A stretch of DNA of 34,503 nt, taken from NCBI GenBank assembly GCA_041639695.1, contig JBEQBQ010000009.1, forward strand, positions 8,209-42,711, read 5' to 3'. Below the pieces are notes generated by a model. It worked only from the letters and a program-made list of their open reading frames with translations. It had not been told where the DNA came from and ran no database searches. Every line of letters begins with the position of its first letter. Position 1 is the first letter of the stretch. This stretch comes from Candidatus Nanohaloarchaea archaeon (GTDB lineage Archaea > Nanohalarchaeota > Nanosalinia > Nanosalinales > Nanosalinaceae). A program made the translations under genes and the position numbers. Shown one piece after another: positions 1 through 8,256 of the stretch.

Positions 1-2
1 TT

Positions 3-785
3 TTGGTCAAGAAACTCCGAAACTTCCGAAAGCTTCCTGATATCTAGGTTGACAACTCTTTCCTCCGAGTAGGGTAGCTCGTCCCTAAGGTCTTTGGCCT
101 CGTCCTTATCGATATCCAGTATATGTCTCGAGTCAACGAAAGCGTTCCTCACTTTCTTCCTTTTATGCGTGAACAAGGCTTTAACCGTTTTGAAGAACTG
201 ATCCTCGTCCTCCACTCCATGTCTCTCCTTGTTGGGGTAGAGCTTCAGGATTGAGGTATCTACATCGGGTGAAGGATAGTAGTTTCTGGAAGAGACATCC
301 CTTAATTTTACAGGTACGAAGTAGTAGTTAGCCATCACCGTGAATCTTCCGTACTCGGTTGATCCGGGTTCGGCGACAGCTCTCTCCGCCAATTCCTTCT
401 GTAAAATTAGTGCGGACTGGATCTGTCTCTTACCAAGTTTCTCGATAGTCTCCGAGGAGATACGGAAAGGAAGGTTCGAAACACATCTTTCTACATCTTC
501 CGGAATTTCATAGACCAAGAAATCTTTCTCAACAACCTTTACGTCTTCAAACTTCTCTTTCAGGTGATTCGCAAGGGTAGAATCGTTCTCTACTAAGTAT
601 AGGTTATCTGTCTTCTCGGTTAGTTCTTCAGTTATCGCACCGGTTCCCGGACCTATCTCAAGAACGGTTTTACCATTAACTTCACCGGCTTCAACAAGCG
701 CCTTTATGACTGCCCCCGATGTAAGGAAGTTCTGGCCGTCGACAGGCTTCACACCTAGCTTTTTGAGTTCTTCTCGGACGTTCAT
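3..785 (-). CDS. rsmA: 16S rRNA m6,2A dimethyltransferase KsgA/Dim1 (3' end runs off the window)
   Basis: Not in the ORF track. Manual translation from ATG at 785: MNVREELKKLGVKPVDGQNFL...VLEIGPGTGAIT...SNLPF. Follows rpl21e-rpoF-DUF655 as in the conserved archaeal cluster. Confidence 0.93.
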   Translation of the reverse strand, partial: MNVREELKKLGVKPVDGQNFLTSGAVIKALVEAGEVNGKTVLEIGPGTGAITEELTEKTDNLYLVENDSTLANHLKEKFEDVKVVEKDFLVYEIPEDVERCVSNLPFRISSETIEKLGKRQIQSALILQKELAERAVAEPGSTEYGRFTVMANYYFVPVKLRDVSSRNYYPSPDVDTSILKLYPNKERHGVEDEDQFFKTVKALFTHKRKKVRNAFVDSRHILDIDKDEAKDLRDELPYSEERVVNLDIRKLSEVSEFLDQ

Positions 786-809
786 CGAATTAGGAAAAAT
801 AGAATTTTT

Positions 810-1349
810 TTATGCGGAGGTGAAGAGCTTTCTCTTTGCGTCTCCCTTCAGCTCGTTCTCGATTCTTTCCGCGATCAGTTCTTCAGGATCGGGGATTGAG
901 GAAACTCTTTCTTTGATATCTTCGTAGCTTTCGAACTCTTTGTCCTCTCTTTCATCCAGAATTGCCTGCATATGTTTCGATCCGATTCCGGGAAGAAGCT
1001 CGAATGCATGTCTTCTCGGTGTTACGGGGGTGGCCTTGTTGAAGAAGTCTACGAACTCTTCCTCCTGTTCTTGGATCATGGCTTTCAGGACGTACTTTAG
1101 TTCGGACTTGGCGTTACCTGTTAGCTGGTCGTAGTCCAGGCGAGATTTGATGTATTTTACTTTGTCTCTGTCGCCCTCTCCAATATATAGTTCCTCTCCG
1201 CCTTTAGGTTCTTTATCTTCACGCATCACTACCTCTAGCAGGTTGAAGTTCTCTGTTCCTATGCCCTGTGCTACAGGTTCGTCTTTCTCTCCTGATCGTC
1301 CGTGGCGGAGGAAGTCAAGTACCTTAATGTATTCGTCTTTATCAGCCAT
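810..1349 (-). CDS. DUF655 family putative nucleic-acid-binding protein (helix-hairpin-helix)
   Basis: VLDFL..G, AQGIG..F.LLE, YIGEGDRDKV and ELLPGIG motifs; canonical position between rpoF and ksgA; GGTGA SD upstream. Confidence 0.9.
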   Translation of the reverse strand: MADKDEYIKVLDFLRHGRSGEKDEPVAQGIGTENFNLLEVVMREDKEPKGGEELYIGEGDRDKVKYIKSRLDYDQLTGNAKSELKYVLKAMIQEQEEEFVDFFNKATPVTPRRHAFELLPGIGSKHMQAILDEREDKEFESYEDIKERVSSIPDPEELIAERIENELKGDAKRKLFTSA

Positions 1350-1406
1350 TTTTTCACCTTTCTAGATTGAGAAATAAGAATTCAGAAAGTTAAAAGCCCT
1401 TCGCTT

Positions 1407-1742
1407 TTACTCCTCGATTTCGATGCTCTGGCAGATATCAAGGATCTGCTCGATCTCGGAGTCGTCAAGCTTGACTCTTTCTTTCTGGAATACGGCTCTA
1501 ACCGTAGATTCGTGCTGTGGAACAACTTCCAGAAGCTTGTAGACCTGTCTCTTTTTCAGGGATTCAACCTCGGAAAGTTCTTCGTTAAGCTCTGCTAGTG
1601 TGTCTAGGTCTTTAATTTTGCAGTGGCGGGAAAGGTTTTCGAGTGCGATCTTTTGTTCGTGGGAGAGGTCTTCCTCGTCTTTCTCTTCCAGCAGATTAAG
1701 TGCTTCTACTGGGTAGACGTTCTCCTTTTCTTTTACTTCCAT
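1407..1742 (-). CDS. rpoF: DNA-directed RNA polymerase subunit F (Rpo4)
   Basis: 111 aa, LSHEQKIALE and P...STVRAVF.KER HRDC-like pattern; located between rpl21e and DUF655. Confidence 0.85.
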   Translation of the reverse strand: MEVKEKENVYPVEALNLLEEKDEEDLSHEQKIALENLSRHCKIKDLDTLAELNEELSEVESLKKRQVYKLLEVVPQHESTVRAVFQKERVKLDDSEIEQILDICQSIEIEE

Positions 1743-1749
1743 TATTGGA

Positions 1750-2037
1750 TCACTCTATTTTTTCTAGGTGGACTGGCTGGATGTACAGCGTCTTGGTTTT
1801 TCCGCCGTCTCTAAACTCTACTTCGTAGGCGTCGCCTCTCTCACCTGTTACTTCCACGGTTTTTCCGTGGTAGCGTGTGTGGACTCTTCCTTCGGTTACT
1901 GAAGGGTTGATCTGGATAAGTGCTTTTTCTCCTTCTTCGAAGGTTTTTAACCTGTCGTTTATTGTTGTGGTGTGGTCTGAATCCTTGGAGAGTGTCTTTC
2001 TTGCGCCCTGCTGTGATCCGCTTGACTTCTGTGCCAT
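1750..2037 (-). CDS. rpl21e: 50S ribosomal protein L21e
   Basis: F..GEKALI.INPSV.EGR.H.RYHGKT..V.G.RG.AY.V...DGGK.K.L...PVHL signature. Confidence 0.95.
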   Translation of the reverse strand: MAQKSSGSQQGARKTLSKDSDHTTTINDRLKTFEEGEKALIQINPSVTEGRVHTRYHGKTVEVTGERGDAYEVEFRDGGKTKTLYIQPVHLEKIE

Positions 2038-2150
2038 TTTTGTTTACCTCTTATACAGGGAAAACAGGGTCTTAACTTTTTAAACTCGGCCCAATCACAT
2101 GAAGAACTTGGTGTGTTACTTGATAATAACAACACATTTATAACTCTGGA

Positions 2151-2675
2151 GTGACAAATAGACATATGGGACACCAAGAAATTCTCGAGAACGGCTGGAA
2201 GAACGAAATAGAACAAGCTCAGATGTATATAGCTGCCGAAGCCAAGCAATCGGAAGAATTCGAAGATGTAAGGGTACAAGATGCAGAATATAACTTTGAA
2301 TCAACCGAACAACACGTCATGATTAGAGATGCCTATGAACATTCAGAGGACGTAGACGAATTCTATGAAAGACTCGATGACAACTTCGATACAGCCTATG
2401 AGATCGAAATCGGATCGGTAGAATTTGATGGCTGGATCGGAGACTACTTTGGAGACATGGAAGCGAAACTTAAACTTGGAAACAAGAACGGTTCATCAGA
2501 AACTTACTGGGAAGTCGATACAGGCCATGCAAGTATAGACTCAGAAAAACACCAAGAAACAGTTAGAGCAGTTGAAAAACTTGAGACGACTCTCGAAGAG
2601 ACAAGCCCAGAGACCATTAATAGGAACACGCAGGCAATCGATCAATACCCTGTTCAGACAGCACTATCCGACTAA
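2151..2675 (+). CDS. hypothetical acidic protein
   Basis: 174-aa D/E-rich ORF filling the gap between pus10 and rpl21e on the opposite strand. Start uncertain (GTG 2151 or ATG 2166). Confidence 0.65.
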   Translation: MTNRHMGHQEILENGWKNEIEQAQMYIAAEAKQSEEFEDVRVQDAEYNFESTEQHVMIRDAYEHSEDVDEFYERLDDNFDTAYEIEIGSVEFDGWIGDYFGDMEAKLKLGNKNGSSETYWEVDTGHASIDSEKHQETVRAVEKLETTLEETSPETINRNTQAIDQYPVQTALSD

Positions 2676-2679
2676 CTTT

Positions 2680-3909
2680 TTACTTTTCAACATTAAGCAC
2701 ATCAAGCGCGGTACACTCTGCCTCACACTCCAGAATGCCTGAAACGGAAGGTTCTGAACGACCTTCATCGCCGGAGATAAGTTCCTTAATGTACGTACCG
2801 GCCTCGGCCTTGATAACAAGCTCAATCTTTTTCTCGCCTTTTCTTTCACATAGAACACGGTAAACCTCTCTTTCACGTACTTTATCGGCACGTCTATGAT
2901 CAACACGGTTGGGAGTTCTCTGTTCAACAGTTCCCTTTATCTCCTGAAGTTTCTCAAGCTTTTCATCTTCAACCTCTTCAGAAAGTTCTACTTCGGCACG
3001 GTACATCTTGTCCGCATGTTTCTCCTTGATTTCCTCAATCTCGTCCTTGCCGGCCGGCCGAAGATTGAATATTTCGATCTTCTCGTTATCATTTACCTCT
3101 TCCATTAAGGATTCAAGATCAAGATCTCTATGAAGAGGTTCTACAAGTTCAAGAACGAACTCCCTTCTCCCAAAGCATCTCGCATCAACGTCTTCTCTTC
3201 CGCCGCCGTGGAACTTTGCTTCGATAGCTTTAGTTTCACGCTTGAAAGATTCTTGAATCTCTTCTTGTACCGAAGTAGGGTAGTTCTTGCCGGTCCAGTC
3301 GCATTCTTCACAACCGCTTCCTCTACAGTTTCTGCAGTGCCATTCGGTCTGAGGAATCTCCCTCGAATACTTGTTGTACTGTGCGTAAAGCAGCAGTGAG
3401 TTTACCTGCATCTCCACACGATCCTTGTTCTCATCCATCTCAATAATCGCGTTAATGTCAGGACGTTTGAAATCAACCTCGATACCAAGCTCTTCCTCAA
3501 TTCTCTTACCGATCAATCGAGAAAGTTCGGTCTTGATAGGTTCGGTCCATTCGATGCCGTATTCTTCCCACAGCGCCTCTTCCTTTTCTATAGCTTCGTT
3601 GGGAGGTCTTATTCCGATCAAGAAGGTTGAAAGCTCGTAACGGTCGAAAGAGTTTTCTACAAGTTCAACCCAGTGATCCATCTTCTGGAAAACACCGTTA
3701 CAGTACTCGCAGCTACCTCCAAGTTCTGCTTCGTCTGGAATGTTTTCTCTGACGAACGAGTCTTCCTCCAAGTCATCGATTTCGCGGCAGATAGCGCCTC
3801 TCTCAAAGTTTTCAAGTCCGTGTCCAAGCTTGGCGAACTGTCTTCCAAGGCAGTGGTCACAGAGTTCTTCTTCAACTAAAGCATCGCGCTTTTCTTTTAC
3901 AGAGATCAT
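2680..3909 (-). CDS. pus10: tRNA pseudouridine(54/55) synthase Pus10
   Basis: N-terminal LCDHCLGRQFA Zn motif, YNKYSREIPQT.W, FHGGGREDVDAR catalytic motif, QRTP.RV.HRRAD.VR, GTYIKELISGD.GRS.PS. Confidence 0.96.
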   Translation of the reverse strand: MISVKEKRDALVEEELCDHCLGRQFAKLGHGLENFERGAICREIDDLEEDSFVRENIPDEAELGGSCEYCNGVFQKMDHWVELVENSFDRYELSTFLIGIRPPNEAIEKEEALWEEYGIEWTEPIKTELSRLIGKRIEEELGIEVDFKRPDINAIIEMDENKDRVEMQVNSLLLYAQYNKYSREIPQTEWHCRNCRGSGCEECDWTGKNYPTSVQEEIQESFKRETKAIEAKFHGGGREDVDARCFGRREFVLELVEPLHRDLDLESLMEEVNDNEKIEIFNLRPAGKDEIEEIKEKHADKMYRAEVELSEEVEDEKLEKLQEIKGTVEQRTPNRVDHRRADKVREREVYRVLCERKGEKKIELVIKAEAGTYIKELISGDEGRSEPSVSGILECEAECTALDVLNVEK

Positions 3910-4439
3910 AGTTCGAAACTTTCCGCGATCTTTTTAACCTCTCCCTCATCAAGCTCCATCTTCTCCACTTTGATTGTTGAGGCTTTGACTTCGAAAGTCA
4001 GCATCTCAGGGTTTCCATCATTCGAGGACCCTCCGCCGACACCGGTGCAGGAACCAGGGTTGAGAAGAAGCGTTCCCTGTTTCTTCACAGCTTCCTGCTG
4101 ATGCGTATGCCCATGGATAAGCACGTCTACCTCAAGATCGTCCGCGATCCGCAGAAGTGTTGGGTGATGGCCTCTAGGATTGATTCCTGTACCATGGTAG
4201 GCTCCGAAACTGAAGTCGTCAATATTGAATGTCTCGGAGTTCGGAAGATGAAAACGGTCGCAGTTGCCTTTCACCGCCACAAATTCTTCTGATTTCTGTT
4301 CGAGCATGTCAAAGGTTTCTTTGGTTACAAAATCGCCGCAGTGCACAACTTTATCGGCTTCTTCAACTATCTCAAGAAATTTATCGGGTATGTTATCGGC
4401 TCTCCTAGGGATATGTGAATCCGATATTACAGCTATCAT
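3906..4439 (-). CDS. metallophosphoesterase, YfcE/MJ0936/Vps29-like family
   Basis: DSH, GD, GNCD, HG, GHTH and NPGS calcineurin-like motifs; stop overlaps the pus10 start. Confidence 0.9.
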   Translation of the reverse strand: MIAVISDSHIPRRADNIPDKFLEIVEEADKVVHCGDFVTKETFDMLEQKSEEFVAVKGNCDRFHLPNSETFNIDDFSFGAYHGTGINPRGHHPTLLRIADDLEVDVLIHGHTHQQEAVKKQGTLLLNPGSCTGVGGGSSNDGNPEMLTFEVKASTIKVEKMELDEGEVKKIAESFEL

Positions 4440-4538
4440 ACTCTACTTGTATGTCCGAAACCGATAAAAGCTTTATATAGAGCTCCGGAACATGTTTATC
4501 TAACGGGTTTCAGGGGGAGTGAGACCTAATGACTGAGA

Positions 4539-4835
4539 ATGATGAACAAGGCATACGAAACAGTCTATAGAACCTCGCTGCTGACCCTTCTAGGAGTAAC
4601 TAGATTCTTCTCCAAGATAGATATTGAACCGCCTGGAAAATGGCTTCCAATTTTTGACAGCATGAAAGCATCCTCCGACATGGTACACTACAAACTTTCT
4701 GAACTTGACAACGATGTTGAGAAAGAATTTGTTGAGAAAGAGGAAATGATCGAGAAAAGGCTAGGAAGAAAAAGATTTTACTCAAAAGACGAGCTTGACG
4801 GTCTTAAGGAGAAGAAAGGAGAAATAGTTATTTGA
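4539..4835 (+). CDS. hypothetical protein
   Basis: 98-aa ORF preceded by a TTTATATA box (~4472) and a GGGGGAG SD-like run; no recognisable motif. Confidence 0.55.
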   Translation: MMNKAYETVYRTSLLTLLGVTRFFSKIDIEPPGKWLPIFDSMKASSDMVHYKLSELDNDVEKEFVEKEEMIEKRLGRKRFYSKDELDGLKEKKGEIVI

Positions 4836-4839
4836 AAAA

Positions 4840-5553
4840 CTAAAGTTTTTGTTCTAGCCAAAAGTCAAATCCGGCACCTTCGTGCCTGTATTCTGCGCCT
4901 TCCGGGACTATAGCCATAACCCGTACACCGGAATTTCCGGATGTATCGGTATCAGATGATCGATCGCCTTCCCTGTCAACTAAAGTTTTCGAGTTATCTG
5001 CGTCCCTCATGTAAATCTTGATGTAGCCTGAACCTGTGTTATAAGATGTTCTCAGTATCCTGATATGTAAAGGGCTTCCTGTATTGTTGGTGTACCAGGT
5101 ATCGGTAGAACGTGAACTGGTGACATCGTTCGGGAATCCGGGGTTGAAACTGCCCTGAGAAGCATTAAGGATCGAATTTCCATTCATGTCAAGATTGGTG
5201 TTTATGTCTACTGCTTCGCCATCTTTTTTGTTGAGAAAATCCGTACCTGAATTAACAAAATCAATTCCCGAAGTGGTGGAAATACTGGTCTCCGTCAATT
5301 TTAGCCCATATGTCGATGATAGTCCGAAAGCACTAATTCCGGCCACTCCAGCTCCCACCTTCTTTATGAAGCTTCTTCTAGAAATCTTCTCCTCTCCTCT
5401 TGAATCCTTGTTTTCGATTATGGGTTTGAGGTTTTTCTCAAGCCTTAGGTTTCTATTTTCTATCTCTTTGTTCTTTTTCCTGAGTTTCTGGTTCTCTTTC
5501 TCAACACTTTCAAGTCGGTCTGACAATTCTTTGATTTCCTCTTCTAAGTTCAT
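4840..5553 (-). CDS. coiled-coil / Tat-motif protein with phage tail-fibre-like C-terminal domain (paralogue A)
   Basis: Heptad N-terminus; ISRRSFIKKVGAG (RR at aa 59-60); GLKLT neck; NLDMNGNSILN; DVTSSRSTDTWYTNNTGSPL...IVPEGAEYR...WLE. Confidence 0.8.
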   Translation of the reverse strand: MNLEEEIKELSDRLESVEKENQKLRKKNKEIENRNLRLEKNLKPIIENKDSRGEEKISRRSFIKKVGAGVAGISAFGLSSTYGLKLTETSISTTSGIDFVNSGTDFLNKKDGEAVDINTNLDMNGNSILNASQGSFNPGFPNDVTSSRSTDTWYTNNTGSPLHIRILRTSYNTGSGYIKIYMRDADNSKTLVDREGDRSSDTDTSGNSGVRVMAIVPEGAEYRHEGAGFDFWLEQKL

Positions 5554-5563
5554 AATGGTGGAA

Positions 5564-5586
5564 TAAGAAGGACTTGTTGATAAAAA
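5564..5586 (-). promoter_or_regulatory. TATA-like promoter element of paralogue A (TTTTTATCAACAA-N6-CTTATT)
   Basis: TTTTTA box ends 28 nt upstream of the ATG; the 13-mer is identical to the one upstream of paralogue B. Confidence 0.6.
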
Positions 5587-5592
5587 CCGGGT

Positions 5593-5708
5593 TCAGATGC
5601 CGATTTTCCCAATTTATGGTATCTTTTGTGTTATAATTAATGTCTCCATTTCTGGACCAAGTATCTTGCTATACACGTTATGAGCTATTTATCAGATGTT
5701 GATTTCCC
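5593..5708. repeat. imperfect 17-18 bp direct repeat in the A-B spacer
   Basis: TCAGATGCCGATTTTCCC (5593-5610) versus TCAGATGTTGATTTCCC (5692-5708). Confidence 0.55.
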
Positions 5709-5718
5709 GGATATTAGT

Positions 5719-6495
5719 CTACGTTAGAATTGTCGCGTTGCCTGCACTATCACGTCCCTCTAACTCGCCATTATATCCGCGTAACCGACAGCTCTCTCCC
5801 TGTGTTGTACTGAAGTAGATTGTTTTGCTCCTATCAGACGTATTTCCGAATAATGTTACGTGGCCATACAGGTCAAGGCCTGCATTTGTCAGTTCGAGTG
5901 TTCCAGGGGCGCTGGATGATGAATTGTACTGTAGTGCTGTGAAGGCTCCTTGAACGTCGAACAGTTTCAGTGGTTTTCCATTATCTGTTCGAATCAATCC
6001 GCCAGGATTTGCTGCGCCACTACCACGAGCGGTAAATGTCTCAAATCCTTCTCCATCAAGAAGGCGTGTCTGATCGCTGTTAACGATTGAGAACCTTTTT
6101 ACCCCGCTCCCGTCCTCTATAGCCTGTCCTGTCGCTACACGGAGATTGGTGTTGTTAATTTCTACAGGGCCTCCATCATTTATTTTGAAATACTGGCTTC
6201 CGGAATCTAGGAAATCAAAGCCTGAATTATTCGAAATACTGTTTTTAGTAAGTTTAAGTCCGGATGCAGAGGAGATACCTAAAGCTCCAAGACCTGCAGC
6301 ACCAGCACCAAGCTTTCTCAGAAAGCCTCGTCTTGAGATTTCGTTACCTGAGTTCTGTTCTAGGTTTTCAGAACGTGATGTTATAGTTTCAAAGGCAGAT
6401 TCTAGTTTTCTGTTTCTCTTTTTGAGTTCATTATTTTCTTTCTCGACTTTTTCGAGCCTTTCAGAAAGCTCCTCTACTTTTTCCTCCAAATCCAT
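5719..6495 (-). CDS. coiled-coil / Tat-motif protein with beta-rich fibre-like C-terminus (paralogue B)
   Basis: Heptad N-terminus; ISRRGFLRKLGAGAAGLGALG (RR at aa 55-56); ASG|LKLTKNSIS; colinear with paralogue C over its whole length. Confidence 0.8.
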   Translation of the reverse strand: MDLEEKVEELSERLEKVEKENNELKKRNRKLESAFETITSRSENLEQNSGNEISRRGFLRKLGAGAAGLGALGISSASGLKLTKNSISNNSGFDFLDSGSQYFKINDGGPVEINNTNLRVATGQAIEDGSGVKRFSIVNSDQTRLLDGEGFETFTARGSGAANPGGLIRTDNGKPLKLFDVQGAFTALQYNSSSSAPGTLELTNAGLDLYGHVTLFGNTSDRSKTIYFSTTQGESCRLRGYNGELEGRDSAGNATILT

Positions 6496-6502
6496 GTCTA
6501 AA

Positions 6503-6527
6503 AATAAGGGGGGGTTGTTGATAAAAA
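6503..6527 (-). promoter_or_regulatory. TATA-like promoter element of paralogue B, containing a C7 tract
   Basis: Minus strand reads TTTTTATCAACAACCCCCCCTTATT; TATA-like box ends 27 nt upstream of the ATG. Confidence 0.6.
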
Positions 6528-6534
6528 GAATGAT

Positions 6535-7827
6535 TTACAGACCCATCTTCTTCATCATGTCCTGCATGCCGCCACGTTTCATGGAACCTTTATCGAACTT
6601 GTCGACCATGTTCTTCGTCTGCCTGTAGTGCTTGATCAATTCGTTTACCTGCTGTTCTGTAGTGCCTGAACCTGTCGCGATCCTTTCCTTCCTGTCCCTG
6701 TTAATGATTGATGGATCTGCCATCTCCTTTTTAGTCATCGAGTCCATTATAACCGAGTAATGTGATACTTTCTCTTCCGTCATGTCGGCGATATTGTCCG
6801 GCATCTGGTTTCCGCCGAAAGGAAGCTGCTGCATCATCTCCTCCATCATACCTGAGTCAGTAACAGATTCTATCTGAGATTTGAAGTCCTGTAGAGTGAA
6901 GTCGCCTTCCAGGATTTCTTCTGGATCGGTATCAAGCTGTTCCACTTTTTCGAGTAGAGATTCAAGGTCTGGCTGACCTATCATGTCGGAAACAAAGTCC
7001 ACAGGATTGTAGACCTCTAGATCTTCCGGTCTCTCTCCCGTACCGATGAACTTTACAGAAGCTTCTGAATTAGAACATGCAACTAAAGCTCCACCACCTT
7101 TAGCACTTGAATCCATCTTAGTGACAATAACGCCGTTCAGTCCTACCGCCTCGTCAAAGTTCTCTGCCTGTGTTCTCGCACTCTGTCCGATATCTGCCGG
7201 TATTACAAGCATCTTCTCATCCGGATTAAATACTGAGTCGATATCCGCCAGCTCTTTCTTCAGGTCCTCGTTCAGAGAGTTTCGTCCGGCGGAGTCAACT
7301 ATTGTTACCTCGGCATCGGTTTCCTCGATACCGTTCTCCACAACTTTTACAGGGTCTTCTGCGTTTTTCTCTCCGTAGAACTCGACATCTATGTCTTCCG
7401 CGAGCTGTTTCAACTGGTCGAAAGCTGCGGGTCTGTCGGTGTCGGCACAGATCAAAGCAGGTTTCAAACCTCTTTTCCTGTAGAAATCCGCAAGCTTTCC
7501 GGCGGTTGTTGTCTTACCTGCGCCGTAGAGACCGCATAGAAGAATATTTTTAGGTTCTACCTCGATCTCTGCTTCGTCTCCAAGCAGTTCTTCGAGTTTC
7601 GAGTAAACTATTTCTAGTACGTGTTCTTTTCTAGTAAGTCCGGAGGGAAGATCGTCCTTCAAAGCTTCCTCCCTAATTTCATCGCTTAAGTCGGATACGA
7701 GTGATACGTCAACATCCGCTTTTATCAGATCTCTTTGAATGTCTTTTACTAACTGTTCTACGGCTTCTTCGTCGGCAACGCTCTTGCCTGAGAACCTCTG
7801 AACAGATTCCTTGATTTTGTCGAACAT
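6535..7827 (-). CDS. ffh: signal recognition particle protein SRP54
   Basis: GLYGAGKTTT P-loop, DTDRPAA, DSAGR, TKMDSSAKGGGA, Met-rich M domain with RIATGSGT. Confidence 0.97.
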   Translation of the reverse strand: MFDKIKESVQRFSGKSVADEEAVEQLVKDIQRDLIKADVDVSLVSDLSDEIREEALKDDLPSGLTRKEHVLEIVYSKLEELLGDEAEIEVEPKNILLCGLYGAGKTTTAGKLADFYRKRGLKPALICADTDRPAAFDQLKQLAEDIDVEFYGEKNAEDPVKVVENGIEETDAEVTIVDSAGRNSLNEDLKKELADIDSVFNPDEKMLVIPADIGQSARTQAENFDEAVGLNGVIVTKMDSSAKGGGALVACSNSEASVKFIGTGERPEDLEVYNPVDFVSDMIGQPDLESLLEKVEQLDTDPEEILEGDFTLQDFKSQIESVTDSGMMEEMMQQLPFGGNQMPDNIADMTEEKVSHYSVIMDSMTKKEMADPSIINRDRKERIATGSGTTEQQVNELIKHYRQTKNMVDKFDKGSMKRGGMQDMMKKMGL

Positions 7828-7863
7828 ACTCGGGTTAACGGGTCCAACCGTTTTAACTGTTGG

Positions 7864-8202
7864 TTACGGCCCGATGTTCCAGTACTTGAATACTACAAAG
7901 GAGAACAACATTCCTAGGAAGAATGTTCCGATCGAGAAGTAAAGCGAGGACATGAAATTTTCTCCCGTAAAAGCCGCGTACGCAAATCCTCCGATCAGGA
8001 AGGTGAAACCGGTGTGAAGAGGGTTGAGAAGGTTTCCAAGTCCTCCTAGAACCCCCATTTTCGTCCTCAGGTTGAACATTATCCATGTAATTATGAGTAA
8101 TGTGGCAAAAGCGGTTGCAAGCCCCGACTGTTCGTAGACATGGAACGCTCCAAGGCCGCCAAGAGCTCCAATACCGATCAACACAAGTTTTTGGTTGTCC
8201 AT
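7864..8202 (-). CDS. small multi-pass membrane protein
   Basis: 112 aa with about 4 hydrophobic segments; TTTTAA box about 25 nt upstream. Confidence 0.7.
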   Translation of the reverse strand: MDNQKLVLIGIGALGGLGAFHVYEQSGLATAFATLLIITWIMFNLRTKMGVLGGLGNLLNPLHTGFTFLIGGFAYAAFTGENFMSSLYFSIGTFFLGMLFSFVVFKYWNIGP

Positions 8203-8256
8203 AACAGTCCCCGGCTTTCGAAGGGTTAAAAGAGTTTCATGCCTTTCTGTTGTTGT

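Noticed and set aside
5593-5615. Resemblance of the sequence upstream of A (GKIGI*) to the ffh 3' end (KKMGL*)
   Set aside because: Too short and divergent to support a duplicated ffh tail.
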